NCBI GenBank assembly: GCA_964016885.1
Contig: OZ024741.1
Coordinates: 381,114,001 to 381,178,000 of the forward strand
DNA: 64,000 bases
DNA from: Eledone cirrhosa
Lineage: Eukaryota
Direction: 5' to 3'
Part shown: positions 1 through 16,142 of the stretch, piece by piece
Numbering within the stretch: the first letter of the stretch is position 1
Layout: each line of letters opens with the position of its first letter
Translations under genes and position numbers: made by a program
Notes under the pieces: model-generated
The model's database searches: none
What the model was told of the DNA's origin: nothing
The model's input: the letters and a program-made list of their open reading frames with translations, nothing else

Positions 1-597
1 CCCTTGATGGACCGATCGGGAAACCTGAAACGGTTCTGAAAGGTGGCCATAAATGTTGACCACCGAGTAGATGCCGCTGTGTATTGCAGCGATCTAGCCT
101 CTAATGACGGGACAGAAGCAGCTGTTTTGAGGCCAGACGACAGGTATCGGTGTTCGACCTTTTCGAAAGCTTTCGATTGATCTAAATTGAACAGAGCCAC
201 ACCGAAACAAAGTTTACACCCTCACCCACTGTATGATGTATCTCATGAGATATTCGGGATTGCGCACTTTTGCATCTCCCCTAGCAAATCCTAGTAGACA
301 AGCGCCACCCTTTTTGCCAACACCTTGGCCAAAATCTGAAACTCTGATTCGAGCAGATTTATGGGCCTGAAGTTATCTAATGTATCACTCTTGTTTTCGT
401 CTTTCCTCATCAGCATCACTATGCCCCGGTTCACAGAGTGGGAATACTCCTGTTCTATTTCTAGTTGCATTAGAGCGCTTCGAGGAGATCGGATAACAAT
501 TCTGGCATATCTACGTAAACCTCGGAGAGGAAACCATTTAAACAGGGTGACTTGCATCACGTGCAGCCGACTAGGGCATCCCGAATTGCGTGTCTAA
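1..597 (-). mobile_element. Degraded L1/Tx1-clade LINE reverse transcriptase fragment
   Basis: ORF 291..560 contains GIVMLMRK..DTLDNFRPINLLESEFQILAKVLAKR (RT domains 1-2, L1/Tx1 style); the minus strand at ~150-190 reads LDQSKAFEKVEHRYL (domain 3). Stops and frameshifts present. Confidence 0.85.
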
Positions 598-1519
598 GAA
601 ATACAGGGTCGTGGATTCGGATTTAGCCAGTTGTAAAGAAGGTTTGAGGTATTTTGTCAACATAAGAGGGCTATGTATTGAAATTATTGAATATAAAAAA
701 ACCTTATAAACAGAGACTAATGACTGAGAAGCTGGGCACAAAGGAGAGTATGGAATTTACATGGTCAATTTGAAAGAGAAACGAAGGAAGTAAAGGTAAT
801 TTGAAGCCAAATAGAAAGTTGACCAGAGCAACCCAAGTGTGCTACGTTTAATACTGGTTTAGGTCACATTACTGATAGTTCCAACAAAACGAGATCACTT
901 AAATAAAGCACATGAGAACAACAAGTGGCTTTCGTTTCCCCCCAGAAATTAGCTGTCACAGAAAGCATTTGTTATTCCCACTATTGTACTGTTAGTCAAT
1001 TTCCCGCAAACAACTTTTAGCAGCCTTTCACTGTTGTAGTGAGCGTGATAAAAAGATGTAAACAAACCACCACCATCCCTATCGTTATTCAATTCTCATA
1101 TGTCTCCACATGAAACTGTCTAAGAAAAATTATTGAATAATATATACAACTTAAAAACAATTTAAAACCGCAGTTTGAAAATAATTTTTCCAATTTCTCA
1201 AATGTTTCATTAAACGGCAGACGAATTTTGACGATAGTAGGGGAAGCAAACAACCACTTTCATGTTAAAAGTTATTGATATAACTGGCGACCACATAGAA
1301 ATATACGATAACACTTATTGAATAATCAATACTTGAATATAGCTTCTACCACTCAGAAAGAACACCTAGGAGATACCTGCAGTGGACGGGGTAATGAAAT
1401 AACTCGGCGTAAGCAACCCAGGTGGATAACAAGAACGAAAAAAAAAACAAAAAACAAAAAAAACACCAATAATGTGAGACTAGGAATTGAACATTTAAAG
1501 ATAGTTGTGAGATATAATG

Positions 1520-1735
1520 GTTTCTTATATAGGCACAAAGCCAGCAATGTTTGGAGAGGGTAAAGTCGATTAAATCGACCCCAGTGCATGACTGGTACTT
1601 TATTTTATCGACCCTGTAAGAAGGAAAGGCAAAGTTAACCTCGGCGAGATTTGAACTCAGATCATAAAGGGCCGTAACTTCAGGCTTCAAAGCATGGTGT
1701 CCGAACTTCTAGAGGGACTGCCAATCCACCACCAT
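1520..1735 (-). mobile_element. tRNA-derived cephalopod-type SINE with 16-bp TSD
   Basis: B-box-like GAGTTCAAATC on the minus strand; core 'tttatcgaccc..aaggaaaggcaaagttaacctcggcg' recurs many times in the window; flanks gttgtgagatataatg (1504-1519) / gttgagagatataatg (1736-1751). Confidence 0.9.
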
Positions 1736-1994
1736 GTTGAGAGATATAATGCGAACAGTATCTTTACAGCATACAAAATGTAAATTACGAAGCATAAAAC
1801 GACTTAAATATGGGTATATTCTTCACTCTGAACTCTTGAGAGTTAATTAATAAATTAGACGTTGTGTGAATCATTTCATTATCAGGAAATCAAAAGAAAA
1901 GAAAACAAAAACCAAAAAACATCAACGATCCAGTATTAACCATAACTTCACTTTTAAGTGCAGCGACTCATTTCTGTTTTTACCGCTCTATATT

Positions 1995-2165
1995 TTGACT
2001 TCTGGTATCATTCGTCCCCGCACTGCTGATTCCCTCCGTAAAATCCGAAAGACGGCGGCTCGCTTGAGGATGAAGCCCCTTGAGATGCGGTGGCTGTTGC
2101 AACGAGTGATTCTGACCATACTTCGTGGTAATGTCATTACCATTTTGTCCGCGGGACAAAGCTGA
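1995..2165 (+). mobile_element. C-terminal fragment of a CRE-like (restriction-like endonuclease) non-LTR retrotransposon
   Basis: PLEMRWLLQRVILTILRGNVITILS resembles the CRE-clade terminal motif LFQRISIAIQRGNA; homologous to 40330-40580. Confidence 0.7.
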
Positions 2166-2874
2166 ATCACCACTCAAACTAGGAAGTAGCGTCTGTTCCT
2201 CTCATTCTTCCTTTCTTTCGTCACTCGTTACCTTTTCCTTTTTTCTTTTATCATTTCTTGTTTTTTTATTTCTTTTATTCACAAGCTATAATCTGAAAAC
2301 GAAGGAGAACAATATCTTCTTTAAACAATCCCCTTCTGAAGAAGATCTTAAATCATCAATGGATCTTAAATCATAATAAAATGGTGCCCTCGTCACTTTG
2401 TTCCTTGAGCTTATTTTGCTGAATGGTTAATCTGGCCTTGAGTCAATACCAACAGTAAATCTTGCTAATTACCATCAAAATTGAATGATGAAAAGACACC
2501 AGGAAGTGATATAATAATTGAATAATAGTTAAAAAAAATGGTGTTCTACACAAAATGACGTATTAGTATATTTAAAATGATATATGAAAACCATGCTAAT
2601 ATCCCTGGCTAGATTCAAGAATATTAAACAACCACAAAACTTCTCTAGCTTGAAGAGAAAATGCTTTTATGCAGCTGGCCTTTCAAGTAATGTATAATGG
2701 CTGTTCTTCGGCAGAGTGTATGATATTGTTGCAAATGTATATGCAACGAGTGGCTTGTATATTACTGAAAATTTCTAGAATAGATATTTTCATTGGATTG
2801 TACACCCAAACTGAGTATTATAATGACGTAAGTGTACAACGTAACGTACACTGAAAGGAAGGTTTGTTTATTTT

Positions 2875-3060
2875 TTAACTTAGGTCAAAACTGATAGAGC
2901 AGAACTATCATTAAGAACCCCCCAGCGTTGGCCAACATCTCCTTTCTTAAAGATTCAATTACCCAATATGTCCTTTCTTTAACAACGTCAATCTATATAT
3001 ATAGAGATTTGTTTGCTATTCCAATTAGGTAGACAAGTGACGTAAAGGCTCCCTTATCGT
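2875..3060. repeat. Old dispersed repeat (probable SINE/LINE tail); related copies near 4765-4960, 7490-7690, 9050-9170, 21260-21300, 46280-46450
   Basis: Recurrent motif gagatttg..tgctatt.c.a and its reverse complement tagaaatagca.ccaa. Confidence 0.55.
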
Positions 3061-3539
3061 GTCTTGTATGGTAAACGTAATGACATTTTCTGTATTTACC
3101 TTTAAAAAATGCAGCATATCCTGCCACAGATTAGTCGATAATTGTTTGCAACTTTAATTTTGTCTGCAGCATTACTATTTCATATATAACAAGCCAGTAG
3201 AGTTGTGGCTGTCGGTGCTTTTGTTATATGGACACCTCTTGGCCTTCATTGAGCATAACTTTGATCAAACACTTTCAGCAATGCTCATGCTAGTACTTTC
3301 TGAAATATGCGTGGGGTAATGTCAGAGAAATGGCAGCTGTTCCGAGCAAGTAGGGTGGGCGCTTAGACATAACAATGGGGTTGAATTTAGATGGTGTCTT
3401 ATTTGATTTATCATACTTCTCAGTTTTCTATGAAATACATAGTTTCATGTTTCTGATGAATATAGTATTGAACTACTCGTCTATAATTATTCAGGTAAAA
3501 CTTGCCACATATATGTCATTGTATATTTCAATATTGATA

Positions 3540-3745
3540 TCTAACTTGGGCACAATGCTCGAAAATTTGGGGAAGGACAGAATTGTTTAAATCAGCACTA
3601 GTACTTGACTGGTCTTTTGTTTTATTGATTCTAGAAGGATGAAAGTCAAAGTTGACCTCGGTACGGTTTGAACTCTGAACGTAAAGTGTCAGAGTAAATA
3701 CTGCAATGCCATCTTATCTTATGCTATAACAGTTCCTTCAATCTA
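3540..3745 (-). mobile_element. Degraded SINE, same family as 1520-1735
   Basis: 'aaggatgaaagtcaaagttgacctcgg..tttgaactc' core. Confidence 0.8.
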
Positions 3746-4999
3746 TCAACCTTATACATTTTAATATCAACATTAATTCAGCATGCTATATTTCTTCTAA
3801 CTATTACATAAATACAGCACACTATATGGCACTGATATGTATTTGAATATCTATAAGCGCTGTGTTTGAATTTCATGAAGGTAGACTAACATTTCACCTT
3901 ATTGATGTCGATACAATAAGGACAATTTCAATACTTTAACAACATTTTAAGCCTTGTACTCATATTAAAAAAATCAATATTATCTGGCATTATATCTAAG
4001 GCAGTAATCTATTTCCAATTTAAAATAATCAAAGTAGCAGTAAGTACTTAGAGCTCTTTACAGCATTTACTTTGTATATTTTTGTGGCAGAAGCAATATC
4101 AAATATTTCATATAATCGAAGAACTTAGTTTTATGGAATATAAATGTGATTAATTATAAGTGGCTTTCCATGTCGGAGATAATGTTTTATTATACCCTTC
4201 ATCATAAAACATATAATGTATTCTATTGTGCGTGTTTAAAACCCACTTAGATTTGCTGTGGAGATTGGTTGGTGTTAAAAACTAACTTTATGATATCATA
4301 TGATAAGGAACAAGGTTATCGTGATTTTAACTATTCTTTGATTCTCATTTGTCAATGACAGTGACTAAATCTGGGTCACTGATCGATATCAGAAAAATAA
4401 CAGCTTAGAGAACTGAATAGAGGAAAGTTGATGCTACAAGTAGTAGTAAATCTACAACAGACTTCATAGACTGTAATAATAGTAACTACATGGCCAGGGA
4501 GTTAGACATACTATCATAAAGTCGATGGACAGGAGACACAGTGTGTCTTTGAGAAAATATATTAACCAATCTATGATGAATATATTCCATTCGAGACGAT
4601 ATTTTCCTTTCTTTTAGGCACGAAGTTTTTCAGATAATAATATTCAACAATTCCATTTTATTAAGACAGTATTTTGGTATATTTGGTGGAAAATAGGCTG
4701 ACATATCAGCGTACATCTTCTTTATATACGCATGTGTACCGTTATATATAACATTAGAGCTTTTATGTGGTCGCTAGACTTGCTATATATATAGCAGGCA
4801 AATCTTCAGTGAAGCACAGCCTGCAGTTTGGGAGAAGGATAAATTGGAAAATGTATCGTGGAATACACTCATTTTGAAAGATAAAGCAACATATGTTAGA
4901 CGTGTTACGAACATCTTTGATTAAGTGTTTGCACAAATGTAGTCAACCTTGAACTAAAGAACTAAGATTTCTTGCTGCTGTATAAGTTAGAATAAGAAA

Positions 5000-5150
5000 T
5001 TGAATCGGCAGAATCGTTATGGTGACGGGTACTATGATTTGTGCTTTTCGTTCGAGCTTGCTGTCCTATGAGTTCAAATCACATTGGGGTCTACTTTGCC
5101 TTCCATCCATTTGTGGTTGATAAATGAAGTACCAGTCCTGTAACAGGGTC
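5000..5150 (+). mobile_element. Degraded SINE, same family
   Basis: 'tgagttcaaatc..ctttgccttccatcc..gataaatgaagtaccagt'. Confidence 0.75.
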
Positions 5151-6199
5151 ACGCCTTTTATCACTTTCTATCAGTCAATTTATGGAAGAAATCAACAGTG
5201 GTCAAGTTTGGAGAGGAATGGGCTCCACTGGGTTTAAATTCTCATGAAACCTGATACGTGACCACGGTTCCCTTAAGGAACCACTAGAAGCTAAGTGCCC
5301 ATGAAAAAATAATAAATTGACGCATTTACGTGATGGCGGCTTAATGTAAACATTCGATTTATCATTAGGGAAGGTGGTTGAAGCGTATGAAAATGATGAT
5401 ATTGAGCATTGTGGAAGCTGCAATTATATAAATACACGCGCAGTACAGATTCCACTTTTCCCACAATAAAACATTCGATTAAGATTTAATCATAAGAGTT
5501 GCCACCTCTAATGATGCGACTTGTTTTTATTTGCAGGCATCAATGCTAAATTTAAATGAAACAAAAATAACGATTACAAGCTTTAACAAAAAATGATTTC
5601 GTTTCTTCTTTTCCTGGTTCTTCAACAATCAAACAATATCGACTTGTAACTGTCATAAAAATTTCATTGAACTCTCAAACTAGATTTTCAATATATTCTA
5701 TACATAAAACACAGATTACCATCTTGTAATTATTTTCATATCACAAGAAGGAGAAATAATTATTCTTGCATATTTTATTTTTCACATCTTTCTTTTAATT
5801 TTTTTGTTTACCAATAGATTGTTGTCAATAGTTTATTAAATATTTCAGTAATTATCTCTTGCTATAACAAACCAAAACATATACATAAAAAGGAAAACAT
5901 AAAAATAAAGTTTTTAGATAATTTCTTTTAGAAGATTTGACATTTTTGTTTTTGACAATTTTCGGATTCTTTTTTTTAAATCTAGAAATATGTTGGTAAG
6001 GAGAAAATGATTATAGAATTTTGTATTTGAAATGTCATCTTTGCAAGGATGCCGACAGATTTGTCGGTAGTATATACAACAATTGATGGAGATGTGTTGC
6101 CGCGCAGAATATGTATGAGTCACGCAGATATGAATCATGAAGTTGTTTTTAGAATGAAGAAACATAAAGCCACATAGATATTCCATCAGTCCCACTTAC

Positions 6200-6540
<341 letters not shown>

Positions 6541-7784
6541 TATAGCTGACTATTTTTAACTATCTATTGACACCACCAACAACAACAACATCAACGACTC
6601 ATGCATTAAGCAACTATAAAGTAGCTTGTTCAATTCGCAATTACATGAAAAGGGAAATTACTATTTTTTGCCATTTTGTATATCTGCAATTTCCCTTAGT
6701 TCATGTTCACAATAACTAGACATTCTGCTCAATCACATTCAGTACTACGATAGAAAAGTTATATAGCTGGCACCAGCTTGGCTGCTTGCTGTATTGGTTA
6801 TGCAGGGAGAGGTGATCAAGTGACATGAAACTACTTAACCAGGCTCCATTTCCTGAATTGATCATTTCAGCTATATTATTTATTGATCCCAAGGGGATGA
6901 AAACAGGCTAAAGCATCACTTAGCGGAATGATAGCTAGATTATTTTAAATTCATATATCAAAACAAAAATAGTACATCACATACACAATAACTGAACATG
7001 AAAATTTAATGTCATACTCTCTAGGTTTTATTTTCCCCACAGAGAGAAAGAGAAATATGTGTGTTTTTCTATACATTCACGTAGTGCAACAATTTATTCA
7101 ACAATTATATTGATTTCTAAATTAGGCACAAGGCCAGAACATTTTTGGGAAAGGCAATGTTGATTAAACCAGTCTTAATACTTGAACGGCAGTTTATTAT
7201 ATCGAACTTTATCTACTACAAATAACATTCTCATTCAACTCAGCAAAATACTCAATGTAAAGCGTACAAAATAGAAAGTTGAGGAGATGTAGTCGACTTG
7301 GGAGTAAATGTGATCAGGTGCAACATTTCCTCTGAATTAAAACACCTGATAATTAAAACTGGGAGTCACCAAAAGTGCATTTTCCGACGGGCCTGTAAAT
7401 GCATTCCAACCATTTAAAATTAAATATTGCGTATTTTGACTACGTTATTCTTTATTTAAGATCTAGTATCTAATTTCACATTGGTATTGATGTTGTTTAG
7501 CTGCAGGCCAGTTCTGAAGACGTAGATCTATGCTTAAATGATATATATACACCGAGGCCAACTGTCGTTTATTCATTTATTTATTTAATTTTGCTTTTCA
7601 AATGCATATTCATTAGAAGTTAGACATAATTTATAGGAGATTTGCCTGGTAATTCTAGTATGTGAAGTAAGCACATTCAAGCTCCCTCATTGGATCATGT
7701 GATTCGAAGGAGATAGGGCTGCTATATAAACATTCAAGCATGTCCACTGGTTTCATAATGTGAAACCATTTACAAATTTGGTTT

Positions 7785-7865
7785 CATGGAGATGCGAGTT
7801 CGATTCCCGGACCGGGTGATGCGCTATATACTTGAGCAATACATTTTATTTCACGTTGCTCTTTC
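7785..7865 (+). mobile_element. Second tRNA-derived SINE family head (related copies ~49000-49110 + and ~59690-59890 -)
   Basis: B box gagttcgattcc followed by cttgagcaa..catttt.tttcacgttgctc; same motif order at 49020-49090. Confidence 0.7.
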
Positions 7866-8189
7866 TGCCAAAAGATGCGGCCGGTAGATAGTATCAGCAA
7901 TGGAAAAAAACAATGGAAACATTGTTTCCATTGTCCGATTGGTTGGGTTCCACCTAACTCCAAAAGCAAGTGAGGTCTGAAATCCTATCGAACGATTCAT
8001 ATATTGTCCTAAAACGTATCGCATTGGAATTATCCCCGTTAATTCTTATTTTGTAAAATTTAAAACAAAACTTATTGAAGTCTTATTGAAGTGTTTAATT
8101 CTATATATTACATATGTAAAAATCTACGGCTTTTGTATTATATATTCCAACCACTCTTCTGAGATATTTTCTCTAAGCTATATTACATA

Positions 8190-8350
8190 GGTAGGCGGTG
8201 AATTGACAGAATCATTGGGAAATCGGATAGGTTGCCTTGCGGTATTCCTTCCAGCTCTTGGCGCATTCTATTCCAATCCCAGCAAAGTCAAATTTGGTTT
8301 TCGTCCATTTTTACTCGATAAAAGCTATCAGACCCCGGATACTATCAGGG
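8190..8350 (+). mobile_element. Degraded SINE, same family as 1520-1735
   Basis: 'ggcggtgaattgacagaatc' head and degenerate core. Confidence 0.65.
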
Positions 8351-8554
8351 GTTACGAGTGTATGTAGGATGGATATTGTATGTATAAGTGAGTGTTTATG
8401 TGAACGTGTGAGAATAATTATGTGTATATGCAGATAGAAGTGTGAAGATGTGGGACAATAAATAGAATCGTAAACTTAATAGAAATTACTGTAACGATCT
8501 ATTCATTAATCTTCTGACTAAATGAAAATTATTTTAAAAAAATATTTCAAAAAC

Positions 8555-8900
<346 letters not shown>

Positions 8901-9566
8901 GAAGATGAACGAACAAAATATAGGAGGTAATTGTACACAGTAATATTAGGCTCGTATATATACGTATGTGGGTGTTGGTGGGTGGGTGCGCTTGTGTGTC
9001 AGTTTGTGTGTATGTGTATGTGGATGTATATACGTAACTAACCAGTCAATAGATTTTAGGACCGCATTATCAAATATGTCCCTTTTAAGACATTAATATA
9101 TATTTTGACAAATATTTGGCAGGTGTTACTAACACGTTGACCAACCAAGTAGAGCTTCTCTTCTTGTCTCGAGAAATATGTAATACTTGACAAACATGGG
9201 TGTTATTTCTGTACAGAAATCTTGCCTGTATTGTTCTAATTTTAGAAATGGTGAAGTTCTAGCCAAAATGATTGTAGTCAACATAATATATTGCTTGTCA
9301 AACACACAAAAATACCAATAGATTTATACTTATATAATTTTACATAAATATCTCTCAAAATGATCTCATACGTCTCTATATACTTTTCCGTCTCTAGGGG
9401 TAATTTAATTGATTTTCTCAAATATTATCTGTAGTGATCAACTGTTATTGGGGTCGTTTTCTATGTTTGCGACAACTATATCTTCAACCTTTCGCACACA
9501 AACCCACACGCAAACTCACAGACACACACACACACACACACGCGCACAAATATCCCCATATATATA

Positions 9567-10305
9567 TACTAGCAGAATGGCCCGGCGTTGCTCGGGCTTC
9601 TAAACATAGATTGGCATGTTTGTCCCTCCTTTCTGAAACAGTACACAGAAGTGCGGAATACCTTGGCCTGGGGATGGTGTCTAAATTTTGTGCTTATAAA
9701 AAGAATTCGTCGTAGATTACCAAGGGTTTAACTTAATTGGGGGCCTGAGAGTAAAATGTTCAACTCACAAAAGCCAAGACGATAGGGTTAAGTAAAAAGG
9801 CATTCGACAAACCGAATATGTATTTGTTGTGCTATGGTCCAATGAAAGCAATAGTTACAGAGCACTAAGCATGTGGGACTGCAGTAAAGGAATTTAGCAT
9901 GGAGGAATTTAGTTGGATAATTTTAAGGTGAACAAAAATCTACCCAATCTGATATAGACCCAACTGTTATATCGGATGCCGAACGCTTCGGAGTTACTAT
10001 TGAGGTCACCATCAACAATTTCAAGGAATGTACGTTTAAGTAGGGATAATATAGTCTATAAAGAGAGGTAACTCTTTCAAAATACTAAAGAGTCTTGAAC
10101 ATTGTAGACAAAATTGCCGAACTACTTGACAAAGAGGGCTTAAAGTTTTAGTGAAAAAAAAACGCCTTTAACAACAGAAAATTGAAAAATAAAAGCTGCT
10201 TTAGAACGCGAGGAATATATATAAATGCAAGTTTGAATTCAATCGGAGTAGAAATGTGGATTTATATAGACTTTGCCAAAATCAGCAGACAACTTCAGTT
10301 TTATA
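9567..10305 (+). mobile_element. Non-autonomous Helentron-associated (HINE/DINE-1-like) element
   Basis: Begins actagc followed by hairpin cccggcgttgctcggg; ends cagacaacttcagttttatata; inserted in (TA)n; same terminal layout at 12060(-), 28583, 44071. Confidence 0.65.
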
Positions 10306-10319
10306 TATATATATATAAC

Positions 10320-10985
10320 TCATGTCTATAGAATTAATCAGATATTAAAATATATACTATTTCTTCTTCTAATCAGCATAATTAACCATATACATAATCT
10401 AGCAAGCTTTAAGAATAAATTTTCTAACGGGGAAATCTCCGACAAATAACTGACCGCAGCTAGTTCGCGTTAACTCCGTTCACCATTTATCAAACACTTC
10501 GGCAGCATGCAGAATCCGATCAAATACACCGTCAACCGCACGTAATTAGTGGTAAAATTAAACTTAGAAGAAATGCGCACATACCGTAATTATATCTCTA
10601 CCATGGTTTCTTCCTAGTTTAGGACATCCAAATAATATGGATATGCTTTGAGTCAGGAATCATCAGGAGACAAACTCAGAAATAGACATTTAATTTCTCA
10701 GACAGACCGCGCCAAATTTAGATTCAAAAATGGCTAAGATCGCTATGTAGCTGTGTACCAGCCAGAGAGAAAGCGTGTGATTGGTCGCTTACGGCGGGTA
10801 GGCATGCTGCTAGAAAGCGCAGCCATATATCGCCAAATTTAATCTCAACCGAAAGGGAGATTATTAAATATAGAGGTTATCACATACATAAAATTAAATT
10901 AAATTAAATCAAGGATACATATATGTGTTGATTTTAATTCATTGAGCTTAAAAGTGAACAGTTGCAACACATATATGTATCCTTG
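10320..10985 (-). mobile_element. Non-coding HHR-bearing repeat, family B (retrozyme-like or solo pLTR)
   Basis: Homologous along most of its length to 50909-51540; contains an HHR; flanked by (TA)n. Confidence 0.8.
10595..10670 (-). ncRNA. Type I hammerhead ribozyme
   Basis: Minus strand: tctc CTGATGA ttcct..aggaa GAAA ccatgg TA gaga; stems I and II pair, stem III palindromic. Confidence 0.9.
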
Positions 10986-10997
10986 ATTTAATTTAAT

Positions 10998-12060
<1,063 letters not shown>

Positions 12061-12328
12061 TATATATATACATATATATATATGCCTATATATATATTTG
12101 TTTTGCAAGGTTTTTGATATGAAATCGTGTGTCTAAATAAATATTGTTATACTTGGGGAGGGTCATATTGTTGTAATAATATTGCCAATATAACAGATTG
12201 CCATAATAACAGAACACACACACTGTGTGGTTGGTTTTCGCTTCTGCATCTTTTATATCTCCATAGTTAATTTATTTGGCAATCAATATTTATCATTGAC
12301 TGACCATCAGTTAAAAATACAGATATAA

Positions 12329-12379
<51 letters not shown>

Positions 12380-12631
12380 AACAAAGTTCCTTCGTTGCAC
12401 ATCTGCAACATCATTAGTGGTACTATTATCATGTTTCCTCCTATTGTGTTGTATTGTAATGTTTTATTTTATTTATTTATTTTTGTCTCCGTCTCTGCGC
12501 ATGCGTTTGCGTGTGTGTAAAACGTTTGGTGTGTGTGTTCGCGTTTGGGTGTATGTATTTTGGTTTTTGTAGTCTATCTTTGTTTACAAGTTTATGTTTA
12601 TGTGTTTGTTGTTATTGTACTTGTGTGTGTT

Positions 12632-12666
<35 letters not shown>

Positions 12667-14330
12667 TTATTTATACTTCTCTTAAGTCAGTGTTGTTTGT
12701 TTGGGTATGGTTGCTGCTGTTATTCCATTCGTTTTTTTCTATTTAACTTTGGTTTTCTAAGCTCTGTTTCGCTCGCTTCTCTGCTTTGCCTACCTGTTGG
12801 GTCATTTCTATGTTTAGATATTATTTTAATTTCTATGTTGTCTATATTACCGTCATGTATTTGTCTGGCGTGTTCGTATAGTACTGAACCGTTTTTTGGT
12901 CCTTTTAATTTCCCCCAGTGTTGGTCTATTCATTCTCCTATGATTCGATCTGTCTCACCTATGTATGTCGTTGTCATGTTTCTGCAAGTACCCTCTGTAC
13001 ATCTTATGCTATAGACTACATTTCTAGTTTTACAGCTTATCTGTGGGTTCACTTTACATATAACACAATTCTTATTAGTACAGTGGGTATTCTTAAAGGG
13101 GTATGTTTTGCTGATCAGAGATTTTATGGTAGTTCCTGGCCTTTCTACCACTTTAATCTTTAAGTGGGTCTTTCTTAGGGCATTTCTACATTTATTAGCT
13201 AATTTCCCCCCAGGGGTAGCATCCACGAACATGACACTCTGGTATCTCTTGTTGTCGTACCATGAGGCGTTTTTCCCTATCTTATGTTTGGTTCTATCTA
13301 AGCTATTCCATGATTTTCTCCTGTATAATGGGAAAATTCCTTTCATGTCCATTTCTATGAGGGTTTTATACTTCTCCGTGGCTCCTTTGTATACTCTGAT
13401 CCTGTCTCTTTGGTTGTAGCCTGAGAACTGCATGCGTTTGAAAAAGTGTTGGATGTGTCTTTCCATATCAGTTGGATCGCACGTTCTTCATCACTCGTAC
13501 CAAGTCTGCGATCAGAATATTAAACTTAGCACTACTGGACATTGCTGAGTTTTTGAGTATGAGGTATTTAGAGACCATGAGTTTAGCATAGTGTGAGTGG
13601 AGAATTTGGGCCCTCTCGTCTAAAGTGACAATTCAGATTTCCATGTTTAATACAGGTAGTCTGTTAGGGTGTTTGGAAGGGTAGTCAAGAGTTACATTTA
13701 TACTCTGGTGTATAGAGTTAGATATCTACTGGATGCTTTCCATTGTCCTATATTCTAAATCATGTTCATTAGTACTCTCTTGTGCGGGTGTTCTTATTAC
13801 TATATTAATATCATCTAATTAACGAGAGTACATAACGAGGTCTATGGAGCTCTCTTCAAGGAGAGTTTTGAGTCTCCTTTCCCGCCATACCATAAATAGA
13901 TTGGATACATCACCAGCTATGCTGACGCCAATGGCTGCTACCTCAATCTGAGTGTAGATCTTTTCATAGAATTTTAAATGTTGGCCCTTTAGGGTAGTTT
14001 TAATACTAGCCCCTATTGAATGCGCGACCATTTTCCTCACCTGATTATTGTTTAGGGGTATCCCTATGGCTTTGGTACATCCATTCCACCTTCTCATGGG
14101 AGTCTTTTTAGCCATTGAGGTTATGGTGGGGGATCTACCTCTTATGGGTCTACTGGGGCAGAAACAGCTAAGATCATGGTTATCTAGGTACTCGTTGTCA
14201 TAAGTAAGTCTATGTAGGAGGCCCAAGTTATCTGTGTCGACGTCGCAGAATACCACCTCGTTCCCATTGGTTATTTCCACTCATTTTTCCACAGCAGAAT
14301 CAAAGTTAATGGATGTGTACAGTGATACTA
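12380..14330 (-). mobile_element. Degraded Naiad-like Penelope-like element (RT + C-terminal GIY-YIG)
   Basis: ORF 13819..14280 ends ..AIGVSIAGDVSNLFMVW..MYSR (RT); ORF 12930..13466 has VMFVDATPGG, IKVVERPG, Cys-rich linker and VVY..YIGET; degenerate HHR at ~12385-12420. Confidence 0.85.
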
Positions 14331-14915
14331 CATACATACTGCCTATTAGACAGTGTGGATGTAGTATTACTGTATACATCCATTTGTCCTTCATCGGGAA
14401 TAACAGAGTGTGTACAGTAAAAGCAATTTAGACTGAATAAAAAGGAAAAACGTAAAGAAAAAAAAACAAAAAAAAACATGAAAATGAAAATATTAATGAG
14501 AGAGACGAAGAGAGGGAATTTATGATGGGGAGTAGTTCGACGAGGCAGGGTGGGGGTCGATGTGAGTGGTGCAAAGGTGTAGTTGGTGGTTAGGTATAGA
14601 TGGGGTACATATGCTGCATGTGAGCACGTCCGAATGTTAAGTGTGTTCGTCGTGGCTGTGTGTGTGTTTGCATATGTGTACACATGCGTCCTCGTGCGAG
14701 CGTACACGCATGGATATGTACACAAATACACGCATACACAAGTATATGTGTACACGTATATCTAAACATATACGCACGCACAAGTGCATTATAGATAGCT
14801 GTGCGTTTGGCATTTGTGTATCGTGCATGTCTTTGTGTACGCACTTGTGCATGTGCCTTTATTTTTGATGTGTGGACGGGGTTTATTTTCGTATCCAGCA
14901 TGGACTGATATTTGG

Positions 14916-14964
<49 letters not shown>

Positions 14965-14973
14965 TATATATAG

Positions 14974-15694
<721 letters not shown>

Positions 15695-16048
15695 GAAACC
15701 TCGGGACACCGACGGAAGAGCTCCGGCTGTTTCAATATATATACAAGTGTTGAAGTATAAAGACGTGTTTTCACTTCTCTCCCCGAGTATGCAGCAAGTC
15801 ACACAGCTACAAAACAAAACCAAACAAACCAAATTGACCGGTCATTTACATTTACATACATCTATATTCTTATATATTTGAAACCACGTGTTTACCAACT
15901 TGTGAGTACATTTTCCTTTAACTACAAATTATTATATACTTTCGTATTTTCATTAATTTCATTAATTTCAAACAACCAAATAACCAGAATATATTTATAT
16001 ATACACTTCTCACACACAAGAAAAACAAATATATTGAAATCCTTAACT

Positions 16049-16133
<85 letters not shown>

Positions 16134-16142
16134 AAAACTAGA

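Noticed and set aside
2325-2380. CTGAAGA agatc..gatct TAAA as an HHR
   Set aside because: GAAA and stem I are missing; explained by a local 13-bp duplication.
12930-13466. Selenocysteine recoding in the Naiad-like element
   Set aside because: The TGA at 12930-12932 falls where Arg is expected after YIGET..GE (likely CGA>TGA decay); linker Cys codons are ordinary; no SECIS recognised.
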